A DNA stretch of 64,000 bases from Macrostomum lignano. Lineage: Eukaryota. The number at the start of each line of letters is the position of its first letter. Positions within the stretch are counted from its first letter, which is position 1. The notes beneath the pieces are model-generated. The model saw nothing but the letters and a program-made list of their open reading frames with translations, made no database searches and was not told where the DNA came from. The stretch spans positions 62,001 through 126,000 of the forward strand of contig NIVC01000969.1 of NCBI GenBank assembly GCA_002269645.1. Direction: 5' to 3'. Position numbers and translations under genes: made by a program. Below, in pieces: positions 12,436-24,120 of this stretch.

Positions 12436-14707
12436 GATCATTCGAGCGTTCATTACACTGTAGGCATCCAAGACTTCACAAGACTGCAGTAGAGGCTTAT
12501 AACTATTTGGCAGTGTGAAATTTCGGAAACCACAGGGAAATCATGTCTCTGTACTTAAGCATCGGATGCCAGCTAGAATGCTTCACTGCCGGTTGCTTTG
12601 CTTCTCCTAGAAGAACAAGTAGAAACTGAACTGGGCAAATGATAGAACTCCATTCGTCCCTGTAACTAGGCTGGATCAGAATCTTCTCTCTAACTGCTTG
12701 TCAAAAAGCAGATCCGGAGGTAAGAGCCGTGCACTTTTCTACCCTAGAACATCTAGCTGCCAGCATATTGCAGGCTTTCGAGGCACTTATTATTTCTACG
12801 AAGCTGCATGCAGGCTAGCTAGGGGAGGGCTTTCCAGCCAAGGATTCTGCGTGATTTACCGGACGCTAGGGACAACAGCTTCATCATATGCATTTCAGTC
12901 GGGTGGCTGCTGAAAGTCAGGGAAGGAAGAAGAGGAGAAGGGAGAATAATAATTAGTTCTCAAGGTAAGCTCGGGCAGCCTGGCAAGGAGGTTTTTCTCC
13001 CGCACGTCACCAACAGCTTATTGGAATGCGGGTCGCGAACTGATTTGCATGCAGCTGTTTCCATCACCGCTCTCTGCGAGAGTCCTGTAGCTGGGCTAAA
13101 ATCAATGAATCCATATGCCATAGCAGGGTTTGAGTAACAGCTCAAGCGCTGAGTGCGATCCCGTGTTTCTCTTGCTTGCCCACGCCGCTGCAGCCAGGAG
13201 TCTGGGAGTTAATGAGCCGGGCCGCGATCACCCGTGAGCCTGCTTCACGCCTGACCGCTCACAACAGAGAGAGAGAGAGCAATGGAGATTGAGGCTTGTG
13301 TCTTACTAATAGTCGGTTCTTTATATTTGTGAGGCCTCTTTAAGATTGTGTGGAGATCCCCTGCATTGAATTCCGTGTAATAAAATTGAGGGCCACGCTG
13401 GTCGAACGAGAGTCGCACGAGATTCGCTATAGATATTAACCACAGATCCCCATCCCCTGCTGAAAATGCAATTCCCAATTCCGTGACTGGAACGGCAGCC
13501 GCAATCAATCATGAAGCCTCGGCCGAAGCGAGTCGAGCACAATGGTTACAAGTGAGGAGCTCCATCTCTCACTTTCTCTCTCTTCAGGGCTCTGAGCAGA
13601 ATCACTCAACCAGCGCGTGACGCCGCTCGCATATTCGGCTTGGTCAAGCGAAAGAGAGAGGGGAGAAGGGAAAGAGGCTTAGAGGATAAAAACTCAGACG
13701 GACTCACCTGGATGTTGAGAGCTGCCCGTTCTGCTGTTCTTCCCTGACTCGTGGGTCTCAAGCTCCAAGCGTCCCGACCTGCAGAGCTGGACAGGTGCGA
13801 GGATGTCTGCGGTGTCACAGGTTGCTCCCAGGCTTGACCAGTGGATAGGAAATAACGGTTAAAGACTGCAGTGATGGATACAATTTGAAAAGTTAAGCCT
13901 TGGTTTAGCTGATCGGGGAGGCGGGCGAGGGCGTGGTGTTCCCTGCTGGCCGACTGAAATACCTCAGATGAGTCGTTCCGGGTGGGAAGCCTGGCTGCCA
14001 TGCACTCGCTTCCCCTTTCTCTCCGCCAATCCCCCCCTGTCTTTGGCCATCTAGATCTAAGCAAAGAAAGGCTTTGCGGGAAGGAGGAAGGATAGCGATC
14101 AGCCAATCAGAGCCCAGCTGGCTACGCGGGAACAGAACGCACGGAAACTCGAGTGCTTTGTACACTTCCCCTAGGCCGGCCATGCAAAGCTATAGCAAGG
14201 AATTCTAAACCTAGCAAGTCTGGAATAGACACTCACAGAGAGGGAGGAAAAACCGATACCAAATAGGGCCGCCCGAAAAAGGCTCCTCCCTTGCTTCCCA
14301 ACCGTTTTTTGAGCCTGCCTGCCTGGGCCGGCTTCATATCTGGGCCTGTCCATTGTCCAACTTCCCAAAATGTACAGGGGAACCTAGACCTTACACATTG
14401 AAAGGGTTAGTACGAACTGAGGAACGGAGGAACCGAAATCAAGCTGGCGCATGTTTCTGGTGTACGACCCCCCATTAAGACAGCACTAGCTGTCTTTACT
14501 GGGAAGGGCAGGAGAGTTTATGGGGACCAAGCACTATGCCCATAGTACATCCATGTACGCTCACTTGACTCATCACTGAATTACTAGGCCCCATAAGTTA
14601 TGAAGAAGAGCCTCTTTATTGTAAGGGCAAAGGCAAGACACAGAAGACCACTTTGGAGCTGTCTAGAACCTGCGAAAAAAGCACCAAAATTTGACCATTA
14701 AATTGCA

Positions 14708-16081
14708 ATGCCAAGCAAGTGTGCGGCCTTCGGTCGGTTGCAAATCAAGCTATGTCTCTACAACTACTTCGGCAGAAATTTCGTTTTAACACAAGTTTCC
14801 TATCAAAGCTGGAGTTTTGGCCAAATGGCTACGCGACCTGTCCCGAGAACCAACTTTTCAACCCACTCAGCATTCCTGAGTCTGCTCTCTGCATTTTGTC
14901 GAATCGGACTTCACCACCGACGATCAGGACTGCAATGCATCTCGGAAAAGGGCAAAGACAATGGAGCCGCTCGCACAAAAAGATGGCTCAAAGAGTATGC
15001 AGTCCCAACGCAGTTTCAGACCATGCCAGCCTACTTTACAAAAAATCCACCAGTCGTGAGGTCAAACAGAGCCACGTCAGTGCGGCGTCATAAAGCAAGC
15101 ATTGCACAGCAGGAGAAGCGAGAGAAAGAATTTTTGCGGGTGAGACTCCCAGTACTCTCGACGATGTGGTAACTCGGTTTGCTACTGAACCTGCACCATC
15201 CGGATTCGCCATTTTTCAATCTGCTGGTTCAATTAATCTCATGCTGATGGCACCTGGTCCACCCCAGACAGTCAAGAGCAGCATCATCGTGAACAATAGA
15301 CTGGAAGTCGCTGTCTACCACGGCAAGCAAGTTGTGTCACCGAAGCAATACGTTCGCATCATTTCGCCGGAGAGCGCTTTTCTAAGCTCCTCTTCTCAGC
15401 TGACGAATCTCATTGCATTTGTTAAGAATGCTGTGGAATCAGACAGTCTTGCTCCGGATCACAAGCAAGCAGCTCTTGAAGAGTCTGGAGCTTCTCCACC
15501 AGCAAGATCACGTGTCTAATGCAGACTCAACTTGCCTCACTTTCTTGATTGAGCAGCTGAAATTGCTGGATGTGGACAAGCATGGTCGGCGATATTCACC
15601 AAAACTGCTGGTATTCTCCAATATTCTATTCTCCGTGAGTTCAGCTGCTTATCAGCGTGTTCTGGAGACAAATTCCTTAGCTCTACCTTCAATCATTCAA
15701 TCAAAACGCAGAGGCTTGTGACGCGGAGGATGGACTCGACTACAGGACTGGGCAACTGCGAATATCTAAAGCTGCGCTACGACACACTTCACGCCTATGA
15801 GACCAACGTAAATCCGGCTGATTGATGAGATTTATCCCAGCAAGCGGGTCGAGATGAGCGGTGGAGAATTGCATGGTCTCACAGAAGCCGGAAATGTTGC
15901 CCAGACTGCTCTGTGCTTCATTTTAAAATCGGCAATGACAAAGTACCGTGACTTGGTCGGAATTTTCCCAATGAGCAACCTGAAGGCTGAGACACTGCAT
16001 AAGTGCTACCTGAAAGTCATGCCGATGCTGCAAAACATTGGATACAACGTCGTGGCCATATGCGTTGACAATGCGGCGGCC
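14708..16081 (+). pseudogene. Decayed, 3'-truncated THAP-domain P-element-superfamily transposase
   Basis: Across frameshifts and stops it reads MPSKCAAFG/GCKS...F*HKFP...KWLR...HS*VCSLHF...LKEYAVPTQF (THAP C2CH and AVPT motif), RRYSP...SAAY...LALPS, then LIDEIY...GGELHG...AQTALCF...YRDLVGIFP...IGYNVVAICVDNAAA (first two catalytic Asp). It ends abruptly at ~16081. Confidence 0.85.
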
Positions 16082-16918
16082 TTCTTATTGTAATCCCAAT
16101 CAATTTTTGAAACTTTACTATTATGCGCTGCCATCTTTGGTTTATTGCATGTTACAAAAAGCCTTTTCGTATGAATCGTGTAAATCGAGATAAATAATAT
16201 ATATAAAAATCGACTGCAATGAAACATAAATCTGCGTCGTTTTTGCGAGTCGAGCAGAATAGTTCTAATATTAATAATGATATGCTTTCAATTTTATTTG
16301 TAGCATTAGTTATTACTAGAGTTATTACTAGCAATACAATTGGAATATAATTGTTCAATAATTTTGTTATTTGCATGCTCATGCCCAAGAAATACGCATG
16401 ATTCACTCGCTGGCCGAATGGGTGCAGTGGAACAGTCGGCCCTATTTGGTATTCAGCCAATTAGAGTGTCCATTCCAGACTTGCTAGGTTTAGAATTCCT
16501 TGGCTATAGCAAGGAAGTGAGAAGAAAGAGAATTATAGAAGGGTTAGAACAATTTTCTATCGCTCACCCACCCCGGGAAGCTCAGAGCTACTTTTGTCAG
16601 GCGCGTGAGTCACTCTCCTGACTGGCAGAGAAACAAGTGCATGTGTACTGCATGCGGCTCATGCAGGAAGGGAACTGGGGCCGGTGGTTGTCTCGGCCAG
16701 ACTGGGTGAGGGGGCGTGAAGGAAGAGAATTGACAGCGGGGCAGAGGAAATTGCACTCTCTAAATTTAATTTGCTAAAGCCATAAAGTGCTGAGGTGAAG
16801 TTCTGTCACTCTTTCTAATCCTGTTCACCTGTCCGTTGCTGGCACAGCAGGGGTGGCATTAGTCATGCGGCCACCATGAGTGAGTAAGTCAAAGTAGGGA
16901 CGCTACACTCTACTCTCT

Positions 16919-17072
16919 TAGAAACGAGCTGGAGACCGGTAAGAAACGGGTTTTAGCGACAGATTTTGTCTATGGTGGAATCCCATTAAGCGCTATGCGT
17001 TCTACAGAGCATACCGAATGCACAGGCGATATGACAGACATTCGTTCCTTACCGACATCCATTTCGTTTCTA
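16919..17072. mobile_element. Candidate small MITE with 30-bp imperfect terminal inverted repeats
   Basis: TAGAAACGAGCTGGAGACCGGTAAGAAACG versus the right-end reverse complement TAGAAACGAAATGGATGTCGGTAAGGAACG (24/30); TA at both ends. Confidence 0.4.
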
Positions 17073-18996
17073 GCAAAATCGATACGCGTCCTTCTAACTT
17101 CAGCTGTGCATAGAGTTCAGAAAAATGAAGTTCAGAAGACTTAAATTCATGTTTTTAGTTTTACTTAACTCAGTAACTCATAGTTGCTGCAATAAGGGAC
17201 TTTCTCATCATCATGTGCATACTGCCACGCACTCGCATACGTGCTGCACCTTGGGGGACGGGCCCTCATTCCGCCCCAATTCTGATGTTATCCTCATAGT
17301 TTTAAAAATCCTTTAGCTTGCAGCATACTCATATAACTGCATAAATTTGCTAGCTGTGCGGGAAAGCTGGACCAGTTCCAATATTATCGATCATTGGTAC
17401 AGGCATGCAAGGATTTTGCCAATGCAAATTTAACACATTGGGAATTGCATAATCAAACTGCCTTCTCAAGTAAACAGGATTAGGCAGGCCAGATGCCCCG
17501 AGTGGGTGACTCATCGCACTGCACAAACCTGCTATTGGATGGGCGGGTCGGTGAAGCTGCCTGCACTGCATCATTCCCGCGCGGCTGCGGAGTCCCAGGG
17601 TTGCACTGATGGAGAGCCTCGGAGACAGCAAAGTGGAGCTCAAGTTTCCCAGAATTTCTCTACCGCCTGCCGCTATAACAGGGATTGCGTAATAGGAATG
17701 CAAATGATGAAGCTGTCAGCCTCTCAGGATAGATCCTCTTGCCTTAAAAGCTCCCCCATCAACTGTCATATAGGCAAGCAATAGCTGGTCAATCAAATAG
17801 CTAAATGCATTGCAGTCAGGAGAGGCTGGATGGGAACCGTGAAGAGAGCAGCGTGTTGGCTTCATAATTCATCATCATCTGAGGTGTCAAATTATCACAC
17901 GAGTGGGATTTTCTCTTGGCTTCATCAGTCAGCGTTGCTGGCCGTGGTGCGGAGCACATTCTGTGGAACAGAAAAATAAGAACCTCATTAGCTGCCCTGC
18001 TTTCTGATGCCTCTCGGGTCTCGCAGTTTTAATGGATATTCTCAAATTCGTCTTCAGATTAGTCTATAACATCTTGCTTTGGTTGAGGATCACCCGGAGC
18101 TCGCGGCTCTGCAGGTTGTCTCTGTCGCCGAAGCATTGAGTATAGAGAGCCCTCCTGCTAGTATGCTAAGGATTGTACAAGCGGAGTGAACGGTAACTAA
18201 ACTTTTAAGGGCAGCATACAGCGCTATGCTCATACGAACCGAGACCAAGAACCCCCGAACCCGAGCCTCGTGCAAGCTGTAAATATAGTTTACTCCGATT
18301 CAATCAAGCCAACTAGAGCACAATGAGCCGAGATTAAACAGCTTTCCACATGTAGAATCGATAGCCGTATGGGGGATAATTGTGCATCAGTATCGTCATC
18401 AGTAAGCAATTCTAACACATACATGCTTTATTCGCGAGCATGAAATTAGAGTCTGAAAAACAACCTGATTACAAGTAGCTAGGCACAGCTGCAGAAAACC
18501 GCGCTAGATCGGGTTGCCAAGGCTTGCTGATCAGTGCACCTGATACCCTCAAACTAGCTGGTCAAAATGCGCACAGCTGGCTGCAGTTCGATTGATGATT
18601 AGTTATTGTTGACTAAGTAAGACAAACAAAGATTGTGTCCTCAAAGTCCTCCAATCCAGCCCAGTGCTGCTGCTCTCCCAGTCTATCCATAGTTCCCTAG
18701 GGCCTCCTACAAAAGCATTTAGATTGCCCAAAAAATCAAAGCGTTGGTTTTTGACAAACTGCTGGTATTCCTCGTCTTTACTAAACTCACTCTGTGGCTC
18801 TACTCAGCGGAATACCCCGGGGAAATTTGCACAGCAAATCAGCTCAGCTGTGCTCAAACTGCATCAAGTTAGCTTTCTGCTGAATCGCACTCAACCTAAT
18901 GATGAGCAGGCGATTCTGTAGAGACAAAATTTGAAACAGTAAGTAATAAAAAAAAGGCAGAAAATTGTTATTTTTAATAACTTGATTTTATAATTG

Positions 18997-19104
18997 TTAC
19001 ATCGAAAAGAAATAACAAGACAGCAACAGAACGACAACAATAAGCCGAGAGCCAAAGTTATGAGTGCCATTGTCCAATGCGTTCGGATCAGCTGCTGACA
19101 CCGC
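18997..19104 (-). other. GPI-anchor-signal-like 35-aa tail (AVSAADPNALDNGTHNFGSRLIVVVLLLSCYFFSM*) in a frame shifted one base from exon 6
   Basis: Small-residue cluster (DNG), polar spacer and C-terminal hydrophobic stretch; AT-rich UTR-like sequence with ATTAAA begins right after its TAA. Confidence 0.55.
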
Positions 19105-20642
19105 CTGCGGACGAGGCGGCGGAACCGGATGTAGAGGCGGAACCGGATGTAGAGGCGGAACCGGATGTAGAGGCGGAACCGGATGTAGAAGCGGAACCGG
19201 ATGTAGAGGCGGAACCGGATGAAGCAGCGGAACCGGAAGTAGAGGCGGAACTGGATGTAGAGGCGGAACCGGACGAGGCTGCGGAACCAGATGAAGCGAC
19301 GGAACCGGATGAAGCAGCGGAACCGGAGTTAGAGGCGGAACCGGATGTAGAGGCGGAACCAGATGAAGCAGCGGAACCAGATGAAGCAGCGGAACCAGAT
19401 GTAGAGGCGGAGGCAGACGACGCGGCAGACGCGGTGCTGAGAAAGCCGAGCCGTTTAAGCGAGATTTCAACGTAAGCCGCGCGGTCAGCCCGGCTCCAGT
19501 CCACCATTCGGTCGGGCTGCGTGGCCAGCAGGACCGACCAGCCTCTCCTGGCGTCGGCCACAGCCGGGCACCGGTTATCAAGGTTGAAGTACAGAACACC
19601 GGAAGCGTTGCTGGACTCGCACGGAAGGGCGTCGCCGATGGCGTAGGCAAACGGAGACTCGGCGGCGAACACGCGAGCGGCCGCGAGAAGCTGACGGCTC
19701 CAGCTGGACTGGACAACGCTGTCGCGATCAAAGCTGCCGTTGTAGACCAGCTGCCAGGCCTGGCCGGAGGCGGTAGTCAGCCGCACCCTGACTAGCGGGA
19801 AAGCCAGCGGCCGGGAGCGGAGCAGCTGCGACTTGTAGAACAGGCCGGGCCGGAGGGCGCCTGCGGGGGCGGCGCTGGCCGGGTAGGTCAGCATGCTGTT
19901 GCTAAGCAGCTCGGCCAGCGTCACCGGCATGTCAGCGGAGGCGATGAGACCGGGCAGCCAGCCGTCGGAGTCGGTGGGCACGGACTTGGCCAGCAGTTGC
20001 AGCGAGTCCAGGTCCTCCATCTCTGCCAGGGCGGAGGGCCGGCCGGAGCGGGCGAACCGGAAGCGCGGATACGGGCCCGGCAGGTCCTCGCAGCCGTCCC
20101 GGTCGGTGAGCACCGCCAGGAGGCCTTTGCGGCTGGCGCATCGGGAACCAGCGGCCGCGGTAGCAGTGGAAGTCGAGGCCGAGGCTGCAGTCGATGACGA
20201 GGCGGCCGAGCGAGTCAGGATGGAGAACAGGAGGCTGGGGAAACGGTCACTGCGAAGGCTCCAGCTGAGTTCCAGCGTCTCCTTCACGGACTCGAGTCGC
20301 CAGGGGAAGCTGGCCACCAAGTTGGCGGAGCTGAAGAAGCTGGCAAAGTCGGCGGCGGCGGTCTGGAAGGTGAGGTAGGCGCGGGTTTCGCCTTCCGAGT
20401 TGCGGAAGAGCAGCTTCACCTGGCTGTAGGTGCCGACTGTGAAGTTCCTCAGCGCGACAAACTGCCGCATCTCGGCAGACTCGGCCAAAGACATCCAGGA
20501 GTACGCGGTGCCGCGCAGCAGCGAGTCAAAGACCTCCTGAACGCGGACGCCGGAGCCAGCGCTGATCGTCAGCAGTGGCGAGAAATTGTCCAAGTTGGCG
20601 AGCTCCTGGCAGCTGGCGAGGGCTTTCTGGGTGCTGACGAAG
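19088..20642 (-). CDS. Exon 6 (last) of the large secreted mucin-like/VWA gene: two tandem extracellular modules plus S/A/G/T 6-aa repeat tract
   Basis: Acceptor CTCATCGCAG|C at 20642 (phase 2, matching the exon 5 donor); open to TGA at 19090-19088. Confidence 0.75.
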
Positions 20643-20702
20643 CTGCGATGAGGTGCGCCAGGGGGTTGAGAGGAGTTGAATGCAATGATCTTAACTAGAC
20701 TG

Positions 20703-21112
20703 CCAATCCAGGCCAACACACAGCCAATCCAGGCCAACACACAGCCAATCCAGGCCAACACACAGCCAATCCAGGCCAACACACAGCCAATCCAGGCCAA
20801 CACACAGCCAATCCAGGCCAACACACAGCCAATCCAGGCCAACACACAGCCAATCCAGGCCAATACACAGCCAATCCAGGCCAACACACAGCCAATCCAG
20901 GCCAACACACAGCCAATCCAGGCCAACACACAGCCAATCCAGGCCAACACACAGCCAATCCAGGCCAACACACAGCCAATCCAGGCCAACACACAGCCAA
21001 TCCAGGCCAACACACAGCCAATCCAGGCCAACACACAGCCAATCCAGGCCAACACACAGCCAATCCAGGCCAACACACAGACAATCCAGGCCAACACACA
21101 GCCAATCCAGGC
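20703..21112. repeat. 21-bp minisatellite (CCAATCCAGGCCAACACACAG), ~19 copies, in intron 5
   Basis: Direct reading. Confidence 0.95.
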
Positions 21113-21141
21113 ACAAGAGCTGGAAACAAGTCCGAACGCAC

Positions 21142-21666
21142 CTGGCCACCTCAGAGCTGTTGGTGCCAGCCTTCATGGACTCAATCTGGGTCTTCAACGA
21201 GGAAATTCTTGCTGCCATGTCGCTGTTGAGCAGCAGCACATCCTGGATGCGGGCTTCCTTCTCCTGCACCATCGCCTCGGAGTTGCTGGCGGCCATGCGC
21301 TTCAGCAGCAGCTCCTGGGTGAGCGTCTGCAGCGACTGCCAGGCCGCGGAAATCTGCGCCTCCAGCGTGGCAATCTTGGAGTCTTCGGCGACCACCTTCG
21401 CCTCCTGGTCGCGTCGCAGGGCTTCCAAACGGTCATCGGCCGAGCCAATTTGCACCAGAGTCTCCCGGAGCAGCGACACCAGCTGGCTCTTCTTCACTGT
21501 GAGGCTCTGCACCCGCTGCTCGAGCTGGCGCACCTGGACCAGGCTGGTCTCGTAGTCCTCCGCGCTGAACGCCTGGCTGCGCATGGAGTGCAGTCTGTCC
21601 AGCTGGTCCTGCAGCCGCTGCACCGTGGCCTTGTAGTGCGACACCATGCGGCTGCACAGCTCCAGC
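21142..21666 (-). CDS. Exon 5: coiled-coil segment
   Basis: Acceptor AACTCCAG|G (phase 2) and donor GCCAG|GTGCGT (phase 2); heptad-rich text (VQRLQDQLDRL...LEAQISAAWQSLQTL). Confidence 0.75.
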
Positions 21667-22036
21667 CTGGAGTTCACCGGCAAACATCCGGGTGGGATTT
21701 CAACTGAGTGGGATTCCATTGAGTGGGATTACACTGTTCAGGATCTAGTTTTAGTACCGGGTTGTACTGTCTCCCCAAACTAAAATGTTTTTGCAAAGCT
21801 AAACAAGAGGCCACAGGCAAGTAAAGTTCTTGGATGAGAGAGCTAGTACTTCATTCCGCATCATTGAGCAGGTTCCGAAATTTCTGCACTTTACGAGAGG
21901 ACTGAAAATGTGGAAAATCCCTGATTGTAAAGTTTTGGCTCTCGAAGGAAAGCATTGAAAATCTTGACATAATGGGTTTGGTAGTGGATAAGCTTTGGTT
22001 TCGAGTCAAATTCAGATTAGTTGTTAGGTCAGCCAA

Positions 22037-22470
22037 GGTCATCAACAAGTCAGTAGGTCAACTGGGGGTCATCAACAAGTCAGTAGGTCAACTGGGGTCA
22101 TCAACAAGTCAGTAAATCAACTGAGGGTCATCAACAAGTCAGTAGGTCAACTGGGGGTCATCAACAAGTCAGTAGGTCAACTGGGGTCATCAACAAGTCA
22201 GTAGACCAACTGAGGGTCATCAACAAGTCAGTAGGTCAACTGGGGTCATCAACAAGTCAGTAGGTCAACTGGGGTCATCAACAAGTCAGTAGGTCAACTG
22301 GGGGTCATCAACAAGTCAGTAGGTCAACTGGGGTCATCAACAAGTCAGTAGGTCAACTGGGGGTCATCAACAAGTCAGTAGGTCAACTGGGGTCATCAAC
22401 AAGTCAGTAGATCAACTGAGGGTCATCAACAAGTCAGTAGGTCAACTGGGGGTCATCAACAAGCCAGCAG
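22037..22470. repeat. 29-30-bp minisatellite (GGTCATCAACAAGTCAGTAGGTCAACTGG[G]), ~15 copies, in intron 4
   Basis: Direct reading. Confidence 0.95.
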
Positions 22471-22481
22471 ATCAGCCTCAC

Positions 22482-23137
22482 CGAATCTGCTTGCTCTCGA
22501 ACTGGTATTGCAGAGTCTCCAGGCTCTCCTGCAGCTGGCTGATGCTGGCGTACACGCTGTACAGCCAGGCCTCGTACTGGTGCACCGAGTCCTGCAGGTA
22601 GCGCAGAAAGCCCTGCCGGATAGCCAGGCTGCTCCTGGCCGAGTTGCACTCCCGGTAGCACTGCGGGAACAGCAGCTGGACGCCTCTGGTGGACAGCAGA
22701 TAGTAGGAGCTCAGCTCAGCCAGGTTGCCTGGCGTGGAGACAAAGCCGACGGCCTCGGAGTGCAGCGCCGGGTTCCACGTGGAGCTGAGACTCAAGAAGT
22801 AGGCGTTGGTGCCGGTGGGCAGCAGCGAGGCCGCCTCCTTCAGGCTCCGACCGCTGTTTGTGACGCTGTCGGTGATGACCACAACGTTGCGGCGGGCATC
22901 AGGGCGGCTGACCTGATGCAGCATAGAGGCTGCAGCCGCCACCGCCTCGCCTGTGGCCGTGGCCGAGTCCTCGTCGTAGCGCAGCAGCAGCAGCCGGCGG
23001 AAGAAAACGTCCACAGTCGGACACTCGTCCGGGTTGATGACGCGGAGGACGCGGCCGCTGTAGAAGACGGCGCCGAACTGGACAGCTGCGGGCCCGTAGC
23101 TCAGCTGGCTGGCCAGGCGGGCCATGAAGGAAGCAAC
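22482..23137 (-). CDS. Exon 4: body of the von Willebrand factor A domain and start of the coiled coil
   Basis: Acceptor TCTCCCAG|GTT (phase 0) and donor ATTCG|GTGAGG (phase 2); VWA hallmarks VQFGAVFYS, TATGEAV, RRNVVVITDS. Confidence 0.85.
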
Positions 23138-23198
23138 CTGGGAGACGGTGCGATTAGGTGTTGTTCAGTGAGGGTTCGGTGAGGGACGGCGAGGGATT

Positions 23199-23590
23199 GG
23201 CGAGAAATGACACGAGGGTTCGGCGAGAAATGGCAAGAGGGCTCGGTGAGAAATGGCAAGAGGGTTCGGCGAGAAATGGCAAGAGGTTTCGGCGAGAAAT
23301 GGCAAGAGAGTTCGGCGAGAAATGACAAGAGGGCTCGGCGAGAAATGACACGAGGGTTCGGCGAGAAATGGCAAGAGGGCTCGGTGAGAAATGGCAGGAG
23401 GGTTCGGCGAGAAATGGCAAGAGGTTTCGGCGAGAAATGGCATGAGGGTTCGGCGAGAAATGGCAAGAGGGTTCGGCGAGAAATGGCAAGAGGGTTCGGC
23501 GAGAAATGGCAAGAGAGTTCGGCGAGAAATGGCAAGAGAGTTCGGCGAGAAATAGCACGAGGGTTCGGTGAGAACTGGCATGAGGGTTCG
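23199..23590. repeat. 23-bp minisatellite (GGCGAGAAATGGCAAGAGGGTTC), ~17 copies, in intron 3
   Basis: Direct reading. Confidence 0.9.
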
Positions 23591-23873
23591 GCAGGAGTCG
23601 GCGAGTGTGGGGGTCGAATCTCGCGCAGATAGACGGAGACCGGTTTCTGGCTTGTTTGCCTTCGTCAGTTAGCAATAGCCATACACCGTCCCCTCCCACC
23701 AGTCTCAGTTTATACAGACATTTCTTATATGGCGGCATCTTGCAGGTTATACAAGAAATTCTACGATTCAAATCTTTATAATTTATCTACTTTTCTTAGT
23801 AGTCTATATTGAATCTCTCACGGCTGGTGTTTGGCACGAGTCAACAAGGGTTAGACAAGAGTCGGTGAGGGTT

Positions 23874-24070
23874 AGGCGAGAGTCAGTAGAGATTCGGCGA
23901 GAGTCAGTAGAGATTCGGCGAGAGTCAGTAGAGATTCGGCGAGAGTCGATAGAGATTCGGCGAGAGTCGGTAGAGATTCGGCGAGAGTCAGTAGAGATTC
24001 GGCGAGAGTCGATAGAGATTCGGCGAGAGTCAGTAGAGATTCGGCGAGAGTCAGTAGAGATTCTGCGAGA
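23874..24070. repeat. 21-bp minisatellite (GGCGAGAGTCAGTAGAGATTC), ~9 copies, in intron 3
   Basis: Direct reading; shares the TTCGGCGAGA core with the neighbouring array. Confidence 0.9.
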
Positions 24071-24120
24071 GCCGGTGAGGATTAGGGAAATCGGTAGGGA
24101 TATCAAAGCATCAGGTTCAC

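Noticed and set aside
11201-14368. Assorted 60-165-aa ORFs
   Set aside because: No recognisable motifs or consistent splice chain; they may be UTR exons or decayed repeats.
20676-21719. IQANTQP, CVLAWIG and GLDWLCV repeat proteins
   Set aside because: They derive from the 21-bp array in intron 5, which is bounded by a GTGCGT donor and a CGCAG acceptor.
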